64,000 nt of DNA from contig JABIEQ010000002.1 of the NCBI GenBank assembly GCA_018651085.1, forward strand, positions 12,777-76,776, given 5' to 3'. Source of the DNA: Candidatus Magasanikiibacteriota bacterium. GTDB taxonomy: Bacteria > Patescibacteriota > Patescibacteriia > Magasanikbacterales > UBA922. Shown here piece after piece: positions 1 through 9,420 of the stretch. The position numbers were made by a program, and so were the translations under genes. The notes under the pieces were generated by a model. That model was not told the origin of the DNA and did not search any database. It saw nothing but the letters and a program-made list of their open reading frames with translations. Position 1 is the stretch's first letter. Each line of letters opens with the position of its first letter.

Positions 1-775
1 TGATACTTGGATTTTAGAAAGATTGCATGATGTTTTCTTATCTGTCACAAAAGATATTGAAGAATATCGGTTTTCTGCAGCAGGGGAAACATTGCGGGAC
101 TTTACATGGAATGATTTAGCTTCTTGGTATTTAGAGATTGCTAAAATTGAAGGAAATAAATCACAATTGTTAAATTTTGTATTAAATACTGTGTTAACAT
201 TGTGGCACCCGTATATGCCGTTTGTGACAGAAGTCATTTGGCAAAAAGTATATGGTAAAGATGAGATGCTTATGGTGTCAAAGTGGCCAGAGTTTTCTTT
301 TTCTCAAAAAGCTACAGGTTTTCCTCTTTTACAAGATGTGGTTTCTGGTATTCGATCACTTCGAGCGTCATATGGCATTTCTCCGTCAAAGGAGCTTCGA
401 GTTGTTTGTGTAAGTAGTGACCATAATGATCTATTTACTAATAATACTGAAATGGTTTCTACGCTTTCTCGTTTATCTTCATTTGATGTTGTGTCAGAAA
501 AGGGGAATGTAGAAGGTATGGCAAGTTTTGTCACTTCTGGTGCTGAAGTATTTGTAGATTTAGCTGCTGCTGTTGATGTTGATAAAGAAAAAACACGATT
601 AGAAAAAGAAATTAGTAGTGTTGCACCGTACATTACGTCACTTGAAAAGAAATTAAAAAATGAAGGGTTTTTAAAGAGTGCCCCTGATGCTGTCGTTTTA
701 CAAGAACAGCAAAAACTTACGGATGCAAAAGAAAAACATGATAAATTACAAACTCAACTCTCATCATTAATGTAA
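1..775 (+). CDS. valS: valyl-tRNA synthetase, C-terminal part (5' truncated by window edge)
   Basis: Frame reads in from position 2; anticodon-binding and C-terminal coiled-coil region typical of ValRS; stop at 773-775. Confidence 0.75.
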   Translation, partial: DTWILERLHDVFLSVTKDIEEYRFSAAGETLRDFTWNDLASWYLEIAKIEGNKSQLLNFVLNTVLTLWHPYMPFVTEVIWQKVYGKDEMLMVSKWPEFSFSQKATGFPLLQDVVSGIRSLRASYGISPSKELRVVCVSSDHNDLFTNNTEMVSTLSRLSSFDVVSEKGNVEGMASFVTSGAEVFVDLAAAVDVDKEKTRLEKEISSVAPYITSLEKKLKNEGFLKSAPDAVVLQEQQKLTDAKEKHDKLQTQLSSLM

Positions 776-780
776 TATCT

Positions 781-1974
781 ATGCCGGTATCTACTGATGC
801 ACAAAAAATTGATCAATTGTTAACCCGTGGTGTTGAACATGTGTACCCAACACAAGAGTTTTTAGAAAAACATCTTTTGTCAGGTGAACAGTTAACGCTC
901 TATACTGGGTATGATCCAACTGCTCCGACACTTCATATTGGGCATGGAATTACTATGATGAAGCTACGTCAGTTTCAAGACCTTGGTCACAAGATTATTT
1001 TTTTGATTGGGGATTTCACTGGGATGATTGGAGACCCTACTGACAAAACATCAGCAAGACAGAAATTAACATCTGCTCAAATTAAAGAAAATTTTTCTTT
1101 ATATAAAGAGCAAGCTGCTCAGATTCTTGATTTTGAAGGGGATAATCCCGTTGAAGTACGATATAACAGCGAGTGGCATGGAGCGCTTAGTTTTACTGAT
1201 GTTATTGAATTGTCGAGTAATTTTACAGTGCAGCGTATGCTCGAGCGAGACATGTTTCAAAATCGTATTAAAGATGAGAAGCCTATTTATTTGCATGAGT
1301 TTATGTATCCTTTGATGCAAGGGTATGATTCTGTTGCTATGGGAGTGGACGGGGAAGTAGGTGGTAATGATCAGACATTTAATATGCTTGCAGGGCGGAC
1401 ACTTTTAAAGCAATTAAAAGAAAGAGAAAAGTTTGTTGTATGTACGAAGCTTTTAGTAGATAGTTCTGGTAAAAAAATGAGTAAAACATCTGGAAACATG
1501 GTTGCTTTTTCTGACACACCAGAAGATATGTTTGGGAAAATAATGCGTTTTACTGATGAAATGATTATTTCTGGGTTTGAACTTTGTACGTATGTTTCAA
1601 TGGGAGAGATTGAAAAAATACAAGCAGCAATTACTGCAGGAGAAAATCCTCGAGATTTTAAATTGCGTCTTGCCTTTGAAATTACTAAAACCTTTTTAGG
1701 AGAAGATGCTGCAAATATTGGGAAAGATCATTTTTCTCAGGTGATTCAAAGTAGTGGGCGACCAGAAAGTATTCTTACTTTGACACCAAAAGAATATACG
1801 ATTGTGCCAGTGCTTGTAGAAGCTGGTTTTGCCACAAGCACCTCTGATGCAAGGCGAACAATTGAAGGTGGTGGAGTGAAGGTAAATGATGAAAAGGTGA
1901 ATGACATTACGCTCGTGGTTTCAGCCGGAGATGTGATTCAAAAAGGAAAAAGATTTTTTGTTGAAATTCAATAA
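781..1974 (+). CDS. tyrS: tyrosyl-tRNA synthetase
   Basis: Class I HIGH region (TGYDPTAPTLHIGHG), KMSKT motif, C-terminal S4-like domain; 397 aa. Confidence 0.85.
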   Translation: MPVSTDAQKIDQLLTRGVEHVYPTQEFLEKHLLSGEQLTLYTGYDPTAPTLHIGHGITMMKLRQFQDLGHKIIFLIGDFTGMIGDPTDKTSARQKLTSAQIKENFSLYKEQAAQILDFEGDNPVEVRYNSEWHGALSFTDVIELSSNFTVQRMLERDMFQNRIKDEKPIYLHEFMYPLMQGYDSVAMGVDGEVGGNDQTFNMLAGRTLLKQLKEREKFVVCTKLLVDSSGKKMSKTSGNMVAFSDTPEDMFGKIMRFTDEMIISGFELCTYVSMGEIEKIQAAITAGENPRDFKLRLAFEITKTFLGEDAANIGKDHFSQVIQSSGRPESILTLTPKEYTIVPVLVEAGFATSTSDARRTIEGGGVKVNDEKVNDITLVVSAGDVIQKGKRFFVEIQ

Positions 1975-1977
1975 TAT

Positions 1978-3681
1978 ATGATGCACGACATACGAAAAGC
2001 ACTTAAGGCTGCACTTACTGACATTGGTATTGATGGTGATATTTCTTTTTCACCAGTACCTAACCCTGAAATAGGGGATCTTGCTTTTCCTTGTTTTTCG
2101 CTTGCTAAAGTGCGTCAGTCATCTCCAGCGGATATTGCGTTGTCTTTAGCTACAGATTTATCACAAAAAGATATTCCGTTTGTACTAAATATACAGGCTG
2201 CTGGTCCGTATGTTAATTTTTTTCTTGACCCTCAAGCGATTGCTACACATCTTTTTTCCCATATAACGTCATCATATGGATCGCATAAAACCGGGAAAGG
2301 TGAGCGATTTGTTGTTGAATATGGATGTCCTAATCCGATGAAAGCCTTTCATTTGGGGCATTTAAAAAATCTTATTACAGGGGAATCTGTGTGTCGAGTA
2401 TTTTCTAACGTTGGTCGTGAGGTTATTCGAGTAAACTATCAAGGCGATGTTGGCATGCATATTGCAAAATCTTTATGGGGAATTTTTGATTGGATTGATG
2501 AATTTCATGCATATAAAGAAAAACCTCTTCAAGAACGAGTAGAATTTTTAGGTCGTGCGTACGCGCATGGAGCACAGCATTTTGAGAAGGGAGTAAAGGA
2601 AAAAGAAGACGTTGTTTTATATAATGAAAAAGTATATACCAAAGATGCTTCTATTCAAGAAGTCTATGATCTTGCTCGATCATGGAGTTTATCTTATTTT
2701 GATACTATTTATTCAAAACTTGGATCTTGCTTTGATCGATTATATTTCGAATCAGAAGTATTTGAACGAGGCGTTGCGCTTGTGTCTGAAGGGCTTGAAA
2801 AAGGTATTTTTACAAAAAGTGATGGGGCTGTCATTTATGAAGGGAGTAAACATGACCTTCATGACAGAGTATTTTTAAATAGTAAAGGTTTTCCAACATA
2901 TGAAGCAAAAGACTTAGCATTAGCAGAAATGCATTTTGCTGATTTTTCTCCTCATAAGGTTGTGCACGTTGTTGGAAAAGAACAGACAGAGTATTTTAAG
3001 GTTGTTTTTTCTGCACTTTCTCAACTTGTCCCTCAGACTACTGGGAAAGAGTATCATCTTCCTGGAGGATACTTACAACTTAAGGGAGATAAAAAGATGA
3101 GTTCTCGTCTTGGAAATATTATTACGGGAGACGCCTTGATTTTTGAAGTAGAAAAGAAGGTTCGTGAAATTATGAGCGGTGATCTTGATCGTGCTTATAG
3201 TGAGGATGTTCTTCAAAAGGTAAGTACTTCAGCATTGAAGTATGCCATGCTTAAATCTGATGTATCTCAAGATGTTGCTTTTGACATGGAAACATCAGTA
3301 AGTACATCTGGCGAAAGTGGACCATATTTATTGTATATTGTTGCAAGAATTAATAGTATTTTACGTAAAGCAGGGGATGTATCTTCTATAAGTGATAGTG
3401 TGGAAGAGATTACTGTTGAAGAAAAACAATTATTGCTTAAGCTTTCACGATATCCTGATGTGACATTAGCTGCGGCGGCTATTCCGTATGATCCTTCTAA
3501 GATTTCACGATATTTATTTGATCTTGCTCAAAGCTTTAATGCGTTTTATCATGTTTGTCCTGTGCTTCAGGCTAAAGATGCTGATGTTCGTTTATTTCGG
3601 TTAACTCTTATTAAAGCTATTTCTCATGTAATGACACATGGGTTAGCTCTTCTTGGTATTGAAACTGTTGAAGAAATGTAA
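1978..3681 (+). CDS. argS: arginyl-tRNA synthetase
   Basis: 567 aa; HIGH-like region (CPNPMKAFHLGHLKN), ArgRS-like N-terminal and DALR-type anticodon-binding C-terminus. Confidence 0.8.
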   Translation: MMHDIRKALKAALTDIGIDGDISFSPVPNPEIGDLAFPCFSLAKVRQSSPADIALSLATDLSQKDIPFVLNIQAAGPYVNFFLDPQAIATHLFSHITSSYGSHKTGKGERFVVEYGCPNPMKAFHLGHLKNLITGESVCRVFSNVGREVIRVNYQGDVGMHIAKSLWGIFDWIDEFHAYKEKPLQERVEFLGRAYAHGAQHFEKGVKEKEDVVLYNEKVYTKDASIQEVYDLARSWSLSYFDTIYSKLGSCFDRLYFESEVFERGVALVSEGLEKGIFTKSDGAVIYEGSKHDLHDRVFLNSKGFPTYEAKDLALAEMHFADFSPHKVVHVVGKEQTEYFKVVFSALSQLVPQTTGKEYHLPGGYLQLKGDKKMSSRLGNIITGDALIFEVEKKVREIMSGDLDRAYSEDVLQKVSTSALKYAMLKSDVSQDVAFDMETSVSTSGESGPYLLYIVARINSILRKAGDVSSISDSVEEITVEEKQLLLKLSRYPDVTLAAAAIPYDPSKISRYLFDLAQSFNAFYHVCPVLQAKDADVRLFRLTLIKAISHVMTHGLALLGIETVEEM

Positions 3682-3826
3682 TATTATTTTGTATATTTCA
3701 TATATACATATTTAATGTAACATATATTGTATTTTATCTATTTTTGTATAACGGGGGTGTACTCTTTTGTTGTTTTTTTGTTGACAATTTCTCTATTCCC
3801 TACTAAAGTGAGGAAATTGGTATTTT

Positions 3827-4861
3827 ATGACTAATCAAAGCAACAATTATCAGGCGTGGAATGATGCTCTTGCGGATTTCCCCCATAATGCACTGATTAC
3901 AGAACAGCTGTCTTTTTTGCTTCGTTACGCTGTCCTGGCCCCTTCAACATTAAATTCACAACCTTGGCATTTTATTGTGCATGAGCATACAGTATTGGTT
4001 CAACCTGATTTATCTCGTTGGGAAGAAGCCACTGATTTATCTCAAAGACAAATGTATATTAGTATTGGAGCAGCAATTGAAAATTTTATCATTGCTGCTT
4101 CTTATTTTGGTTTATCTGTTTCAACATCACTTTCTCCGTTTGATAATGGTTTATTTTCTGTGCTTCTTGTTTGTGAACAGTCCCATGGAAAAATGACTGC
4201 ATTGGCACCGCTATGTCATGCAATCTCTTCTCGATCTACTCATCGTGGTCTATATCGTTCAGAAGAAATTTCCCCATCATTATTACGGCGTATTTGTGAA
4301 ATATCTTATGATACCTCTATTCATATTATTAGGGATCGTCGACAACGATTAATTGTTGGAGATATTATGCTTGAGTCTGGCATGACTGCTTTTTCTTTTT
4401 CTTCTTTACGTCGAGGTATTTCTCGATATAAACGATCAAACCTAACTCGTGATCACATTGGTATCCCTGGAAATACTATGGGATTTTCTTTAATAAAATC
4501 TTTTGTTGCTCCTTTAGCTATTCGTTTATTTAATGTTGTTCGTTTAAATTATAAACAACAAAAAGATATGTTGCGTTCGCACACTCCATATTTTGTTGTA
4601 CTATCGGCGAAAACAGATACCTGTATAGATTGGATTAATACTGGTCGTACATATCAACGAATTTCGCTTGTTTCTGAATCTCTTGGTATACGTTCTTCTG
4701 TTTGGGCTTCTCCTATTGAAATGGATAATGGCCGACGTCGATTAGCTGACCTTTTGTCTGTTTCTAAGCCGCAACTTTGTATGAGACTTGGGTATGGAAC
4801 GGCATATCCACATCGAAGTCCGCGGTTTCCTGCCGATGCAGTTACTGATATTATTATTTGA
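3827..4861 (+). CDS. nitroreductase-family flavoprotein (SagB/McbC-like dehydrogenase size class)
   Basis: 344 aa; N-terminal nitroreductase signature (LLRYAVLAPSTLNSQPWHF); ATG preceded by GAGGAAA RBS; first gene of cassette. Confidence 0.6.
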   Translation: MTNQSNNYQAWNDALADFPHNALITEQLSFLLRYAVLAPSTLNSQPWHFIVHEHTVLVQPDLSRWEEATDLSQRQMYISIGAAIENFIIAASYFGLSVSTSLSPFDNGLFSVLLVCEQSHGKMTALAPLCHAISSRSTHRGLYRSEEISPSLLRRICEISYDTSIHIIRDRRQRLIVGDIMLESGMTAFSFSSLRRGISRYKRSNLTRDHIGIPGNTMGFSLIKSFVAPLAIRLFNVVRLNYKQQKDMLRSHTPYFVVLSAKTDTCIDWINTGRTYQRISLVSESLGIRSSVWASPIEMDNGRRRLADLLSVSKPQLCMRLGYGTAYPHRSPRFPADAVTDIII

Positions 4862-4869
4862 TAGGTATT

Positions 4870-5919
4870 ATGTCAATGGAACTCATTACACATAAAGTAA
4901 AAGAACATGCTGAATATGATGGGCATGCTTTTGTGTATCATCTTCATGATGATGATATTGGTTTTGATGCATATATTGCTATTCATCGTCAGGAAGAAAT
5001 GCAGCCAGCTTTGGGGGGTACTCGATTTTGGGATTATGATTCACCTGATGATGCCATTGAAGATGTATTACGATTATCTCGGCTTATGACTTTTAAGTCT
5101 TTGGCTGCTGGGTTACCATACACTGGTGCAAAAGGGGTCATCATGCTTCCTAAAAATAAGACCTTTAATAGGGAAAAGCTTTTTGCCCAATATGCCTCTT
5201 GGGTTGAAAAACTAACAGGAAAATTTGTGACAGGAACTGATGTAGGTGTAACTAATGATGATTTGACGTGCATGGAATCTCATACTTCTCATGTGATAGG
5301 TCATGGAGTAGATTCAGGATATTTCACTGCAATTGGTTTATTTTTTGCGATTCAAAAGTGTCTAGGCGAGCGCTATGGTTCTGAGGTTATTGCTGGTAGA
5401 TCTTTTAGCATACAAGGACTTGGAAAGACGGGATTTCCGTTAGTTTCTTTTTTATATAATGCAGGTGCACGTTTGTATGTGTCTGATATTGATGAGAAAA
5501 AGGTGTCTATTGTTCAGAGCTTGTATCGAGATGTAACGGTTGTCTCAGCTGCCGATATTCATAAAATTAGTGTGGATGTTTTTTGTCCATGTGCTCTTTC
5601 TGGTGTTATTAACTTTTCTTCTTTGGAAGAGTTTGATTGTCAGATTATTGTAGGAGCCGCAAATAATCAGTTAGCTGATAATATTTTATCTGAACAATTA
5701 CATGACCGTGGTATTTTGTATGCACCTGATTTTCTTGTAAATTCTGGTGGAATGATTAGTGTTGTAGACCAATTTTTACATGGTGTCGCTGACGAAAGGC
5801 GTATATTGACTCGGGTTGCACGTGTGCCATCTGTATTGTCTCAGGTATTTTCGTTGACGCGTACAAAGGATATTTCAGTTTCTTCCGCTTTGATGGAAGT
5901 ACTTTCTTCATTAGTATAA
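4870..5919 (+). CDS. Glu/Leu/Phe/Val dehydrogenase-family protein (short LeuDH/PheDH-like)
   Basis: Catalytic-Lys region PYTGAKGVI (cf. GGAKGG) and Rossmann GxGxxG (QGLGKTG); ORF-track start 4858 is TTG, first ATG at 4870. Confidence 0.65.
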   Translation: MSMELITHKVKEHAEYDGHAFVYHLHDDDIGFDAYIAIHRQEEMQPALGGTRFWDYDSPDDAIEDVLRLSRLMTFKSLAAGLPYTGAKGVIMLPKNKTFNREKLFAQYASWVEKLTGKFVTGTDVGVTNDDLTCMESHTSHVIGHGVDSGYFTAIGLFFAIQKCLGERYGSEVIAGRSFSIQGLGKTGFPLVSFLYNAGARLYVSDIDEKKVSIVQSLYRDVTVVSAADIHKISVDVFCPCALSGVINFSSLEEFDCQIIVGAANNQLADNILSEQLHDRGILYAPDFLVNSGGMISVVDQFLHGVADERRILTRVARVPSVLSQVFSLTRTKDISVSSALMEVLSSLV

Positions 5920-5925
5920 GGTTCT

Positions 5926-7440
5926 ATGAATAGATTACATTCTTTATCTTCTTCTCCTGTCCGTTTTTTAAACGATGTGAAACGCTATCCAGAATCATAT
6001 TGGTCTCATCGTGGTTTTGTGCAAGCACTGTCTTTATTTCATCAAGCAGCAAAACGTGTTCCTGCATATAAGGATTTTTTACATACACATGGTATTAATC
6101 CTGATCTTATACAAACCAAGGGAGATTTTCAGAAAGTTCCTTTGATTGATAAAGATAACTATATTCGTAAATATCCCCTTGAGAGTTTATGTTGGGATGG
6201 TTCTTTTTCTCAAACTCCTTGGGTTATTTCTTCTACCTCAGGTTCAACTGGAGAGCCGACGTATTTTCCTAGAACAACCAAACAAGATAAATTGTATGCA
6301 GCATTAGCTGAGATGTATCTTCGGGATAATTTTTCAATCCATAAAAGAACAACGCTATATGTAAATTGTTTTGCCATGGGGGTTTGGATTGGTGGTGTCT
6401 TTACTCATCAAGCGGTGAAAATGGTAGCAGATAGAGGAGAGTATTCATTAAGTATTATTTCTCCTGGGATTAATAAGTCTGAAGCTATTAAGGCTGTGCA
6501 ACGTTTGGGAGATAAATTTGATCAAGTTATTATTGCTGGGTATCCTCCGTTTGTGAAGGATCTGATTGATGATGGTATTCAAGAAGGACTTGATTGGTCT
6601 CAATATAATGTTGGATTTATTTTTTCTGCTGAATCTTTTTCTGAAGCGTTTCGTGATTATATTTTTCGAAAATCAGGTGTTAAAGATATTTATCGTGGAT
6701 CATTAAATCATTATGGAACTGTTGATCTTGGTACAATGTCTCATGAAACACCTGTGAGTGTGCTTATTCGTCGTCTTTCTTTACAACATCGTCCATTATT
6801 TACTCGTATTTTTCAACACATCACTAAGGTGCCGACATTTACCCAGTATATCCCTGAGATGTTTTTTTTCGAGGATCTTGAAGGATCACTTGTGTGCACT
6901 GGAGATGGTGGTTTCCCGCTTATTCGGTATGATTTAAAAGATAATGGGGGCGTGTTGTCTTTTTCTCAGATTGTTGATCATTGTCATGCTTCTGGTGTAG
7001 ATATTTTTCATGAAATGGAGCGTGTAGATATTTCTGATACGTTATGGCACCTTCCGTTTGTGTATGTGTATGAGCGTAGGGATTTATCAACTACATTATA
7101 TGGGCTTAATATTTATCCAGAAACAATCCGTAAAGCACTTCAACATGAGCGTTTTGAATCATTTGTTACGGGTAAGTTTACTATGCTTACGAAGTATAAC
7201 GATAGTCAGGATCAATACCTTGAAATTCATCTTGAGCTAAAACAAGCCCAAGAATATACTGATGAACATATTCGTATTATAACGGATCATATCGTTTCTA
7301 CCTTGAAGGCGAATAATTCAGAGTACCATAAGCTTCACACTGATCTTGGTGAGCGAGCTGTCCCTGTTATTTGTATGTGGCCGTATGAAGATTTAACGTA
7401 TTTTCGACCAGGGACTAAACAAAAATGGGTAAAAAAATAA
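5926..7440 (+). CDS. adenylate-forming enzyme, phenylacetate-CoA ligase (PaaK)/F390-synthetase-like
   Basis: 504 aa; P-loop-like SSTSGSTGEPTYFPR typical of PaaK/GH3/CapK-type acyl-adenylate enzymes. Confidence 0.6.
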   Translation: MNRLHSLSSSPVRFLNDVKRYPESYWSHRGFVQALSLFHQAAKRVPAYKDFLHTHGINPDLIQTKGDFQKVPLIDKDNYIRKYPLESLCWDGSFSQTPWVISSTSGSTGEPTYFPRTTKQDKLYAALAEMYLRDNFSIHKRTTLYVNCFAMGVWIGGVFTHQAVKMVADRGEYSLSIISPGINKSEAIKAVQRLGDKFDQVIIAGYPPFVKDLIDDGIQEGLDWSQYNVGFIFSAESFSEAFRDYIFRKSGVKDIYRGSLNHYGTVDLGTMSHETPVSVLIRRLSLQHRPLFTRIFQHITKVPTFTQYIPEMFFFEDLEGSLVCTGDGGFPLIRYDLKDNGGVLSFSQIVDHCHASGVDIFHEMERVDISDTLWHLPFVYVYERRDLSTTLYGLNIYPETIRKALQHERFESFVTGKFTMLTKYNDSQDQYLEIHLELKQAQEYTDEHIRIITDHIVSTLKANNSEYHKLHTDLGERAVPVICMWPYEDLTYFRPGTKQKWVKK

Positions 7441-7449
7441 TGCGTCTAT

Positions 7450-8526
7450 ATGTTTCGATCTCCTATAATATTTCGTGAAGGGTCCTATACGTATCAGGAT
7501 ATTATTTCTTTTTTTTCATCTCACCGTGTTTGGTCTACTCGTGATATTTATGATGATCAATTACAAGAATATTTTCTTATTACTCATCCACAGTATAAAC
7601 ATCATGATACCTTTTCTGCGTTATTTTCTACGTATAAAACACAAGTACTCAATGGTCGCATAGAAGCTATGTGTGGAAATTGGGTGTATTTTCCTTGGAG
7701 TGGTCGGATGGTACATATGGTCTCTGAAGGTATGCACCATGCTCTTCGAACAAATAGAAATCATTTATTAATTACTCAGGAAGAACAAAAAATGCTTTTG
7801 AATGTATCAATTGCTGTCGCTGGTCTTTCTATTGGTTCTTCTATTATTTCTACATTAGTTCATAATGGTATTGGTCGAAATCTTCGTTTGGCTGATCATG
7901 ATATATTTGAAACAACAAACATGAATAGGGTTCGATCTCGTATAGATCAAGTGGGTGTCTCTAAAGTATCTATTGTTACTGAACAGCTTTTTGAAATAAA
8001 TCCGTATTTAGTTATTGATCCTTTTTCTCAGGGAGTTGATGCTTCTAATTTAGTGGACTTTGTGCGTCCTTCTTCTACATATCCATTAATACTTTTTGAA
8101 GCGATTGATGATTTTAAGATGAAAGTTCGTTTACGGCTTCAGGCGAAAAAAAATGGGGTTCCTGTTGTTATGCTTACGAATCTTGGAGATGGTATACTTA
8201 TTGATATTGAAAGGTATGATATTGATCCTCAAACAAAGATGTTTAATGGACTTGTTGGAGATGTACCTGAACGTATTTTGTCGTCTTCTTGTACAGAAGA
8301 GGATATGAAGCAGTTTGCTGTGTCTCTTGTTGGAAAGGAACATGTGCCACAACGAGCCTTTTTGTCTCTTGAACAAATGGGAAAGACTCTTGTCGGGCGT
8401 CCTCAACTCATGGGAACCGTCACGGCTTCAAGTGGAATTGCTCCCTATATTGTTCGTCGTATGTTATTTGGTCCTTCACTTGCTAGTGGTCGATACTATA
8501 TTCACTTTGATACTGTTTTGTCTTAA
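7450..8526 (+). CDS. ThiF/MoeB/E1-like adenylyltransferase family protein
   Basis: 358 aa; Rossmann AGLSIGSS...DHDIFETTNMNRV matches ThiF VGAGGLGS...D.D.VE.SNLNRQ. Confidence 0.6.
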   Translation: MFRSPIIFREGSYTYQDIISFFSSHRVWSTRDIYDDQLQEYFLITHPQYKHHDTFSALFSTYKTQVLNGRIEAMCGNWVYFPWSGRMVHMVSEGMHHALRTNRNHLLITQEEQKMLLNVSIAVAGLSIGSSIISTLVHNGIGRNLRLADHDIFETTNMNRVRSRIDQVGVSKVSIVTEQLFEINPYLVIDPFSQGVDASNLVDFVRPSSTYPLILFEAIDDFKMKVRLRLQAKKNGVPVVMLTNLGDGILIDIERYDIDPQTKMFNGLVGDVPERILSSSCTEEDMKQFAVSLVGKEHVPQRAFLSLEQMGKTLVGRPQLMGTVTASSGIAPYIVRRMLFGPSLASGRYYIHFDTVLS

Positions 8527-8531
8527 ATTAT

Positions 8532-9413
8532 ATGAATAAAGAAGAGGCGACTCTTCAATCTCGTATACGCACAACACTTTCTTTTTCGTATATTACATCT
8601 GGTACTCGTCAGATTCGTGTTGTAAAGGGGGGAAAAGGGCCTCCTCTTCTTTTAATACACGGAGCAAATATTGGTTGGGGACAATGGTACAAAAATATTG
8701 ATGCGTTTTCATCTCGATTTACCGTATATGCTTTTGATTTTCCTAATGCTGGGGCTTCCTCTCGTTTGTCATATACTGCATTTGATAGTTCAAAAGATTT
8801 ATTAGATGTTTGTCGTGATGTTATAGATCATTTTCAGATTTATTCGTGTATTGCACTTGGTCATTCCATTGGTGGGTGGGTAGGATTACAGCTTGCACTT
8901 CAAGATCCAGAAATATTTTCGGCTTTAATCGTAACGAATTCGCTTGGTTTTACTCATAATGTTACGTTTTCTCAACGTCTTTTATCTTTTTTTCCTTTTG
9001 TGTCTTTTTTATCTCGATATGTTGTTCCTCCAGACAGAAAACATCTTAAGAAATTTCTGGGTGATGCGATGTGTGATCCGTCATTACTTGAAGACGAGTT
9101 TGTTGATTATTATGTTTCGGCTGTATTAAGATCTCCCGTTTCTCATCCGTTTATGTTTATGCATGCGTGCATGGATTTCTTTCGATTAAAGTCTCAGTTT
9201 GTATTGTCTTCACAATTAGAGTCATTACATGTCCCAACATTAGCGTTATTTGGTGCATCTGATCCTTTAATTTCTGTGTCTTCACAACTACAAGCTCTTT
9301 CTTCTCATGTACATATTACAACACATGTTTTTTCTGATGTTGGACATACTCCTTTTTTAGAAAAGCCTGATGTGTTTAATGATGCTGTTTTTTCTTGGCT
9401 TGATACGGTATAA
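8532..9413 (+). CDS. alpha/beta-fold hydrolase
   Basis: HGxxxxxxW oxyanion region (LLLIHGANIGWGQW) and nucleophile elbow GHSIGG. Confidence 0.7.
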   Translation: MNKEEATLQSRIRTTLSFSYITSGTRQIRVVKGGKGPPLLLIHGANIGWGQWYKNIDAFSSRFTVYAFDFPNAGASSRLSYTAFDSSKDLLDVCRDVIDHFQIYSCIALGHSIGGWVGLQLALQDPEIFSALIVTNSLGFTHNVTFSQRLLSFFPFVSFLSRYVVPPDRKHLKKFLGDAMCDPSLLEDEFVDYYVSAVLRSPVSHPFMFMHACMDFFRLKSQFVLSSQLESLHVPTLALFGASDPLISVSSQLQALSSHVHITTHVFSDVGHTPFLEKPDVFNDAVFSWLDTV

Positions 9414-9420
9414 TAGATGA

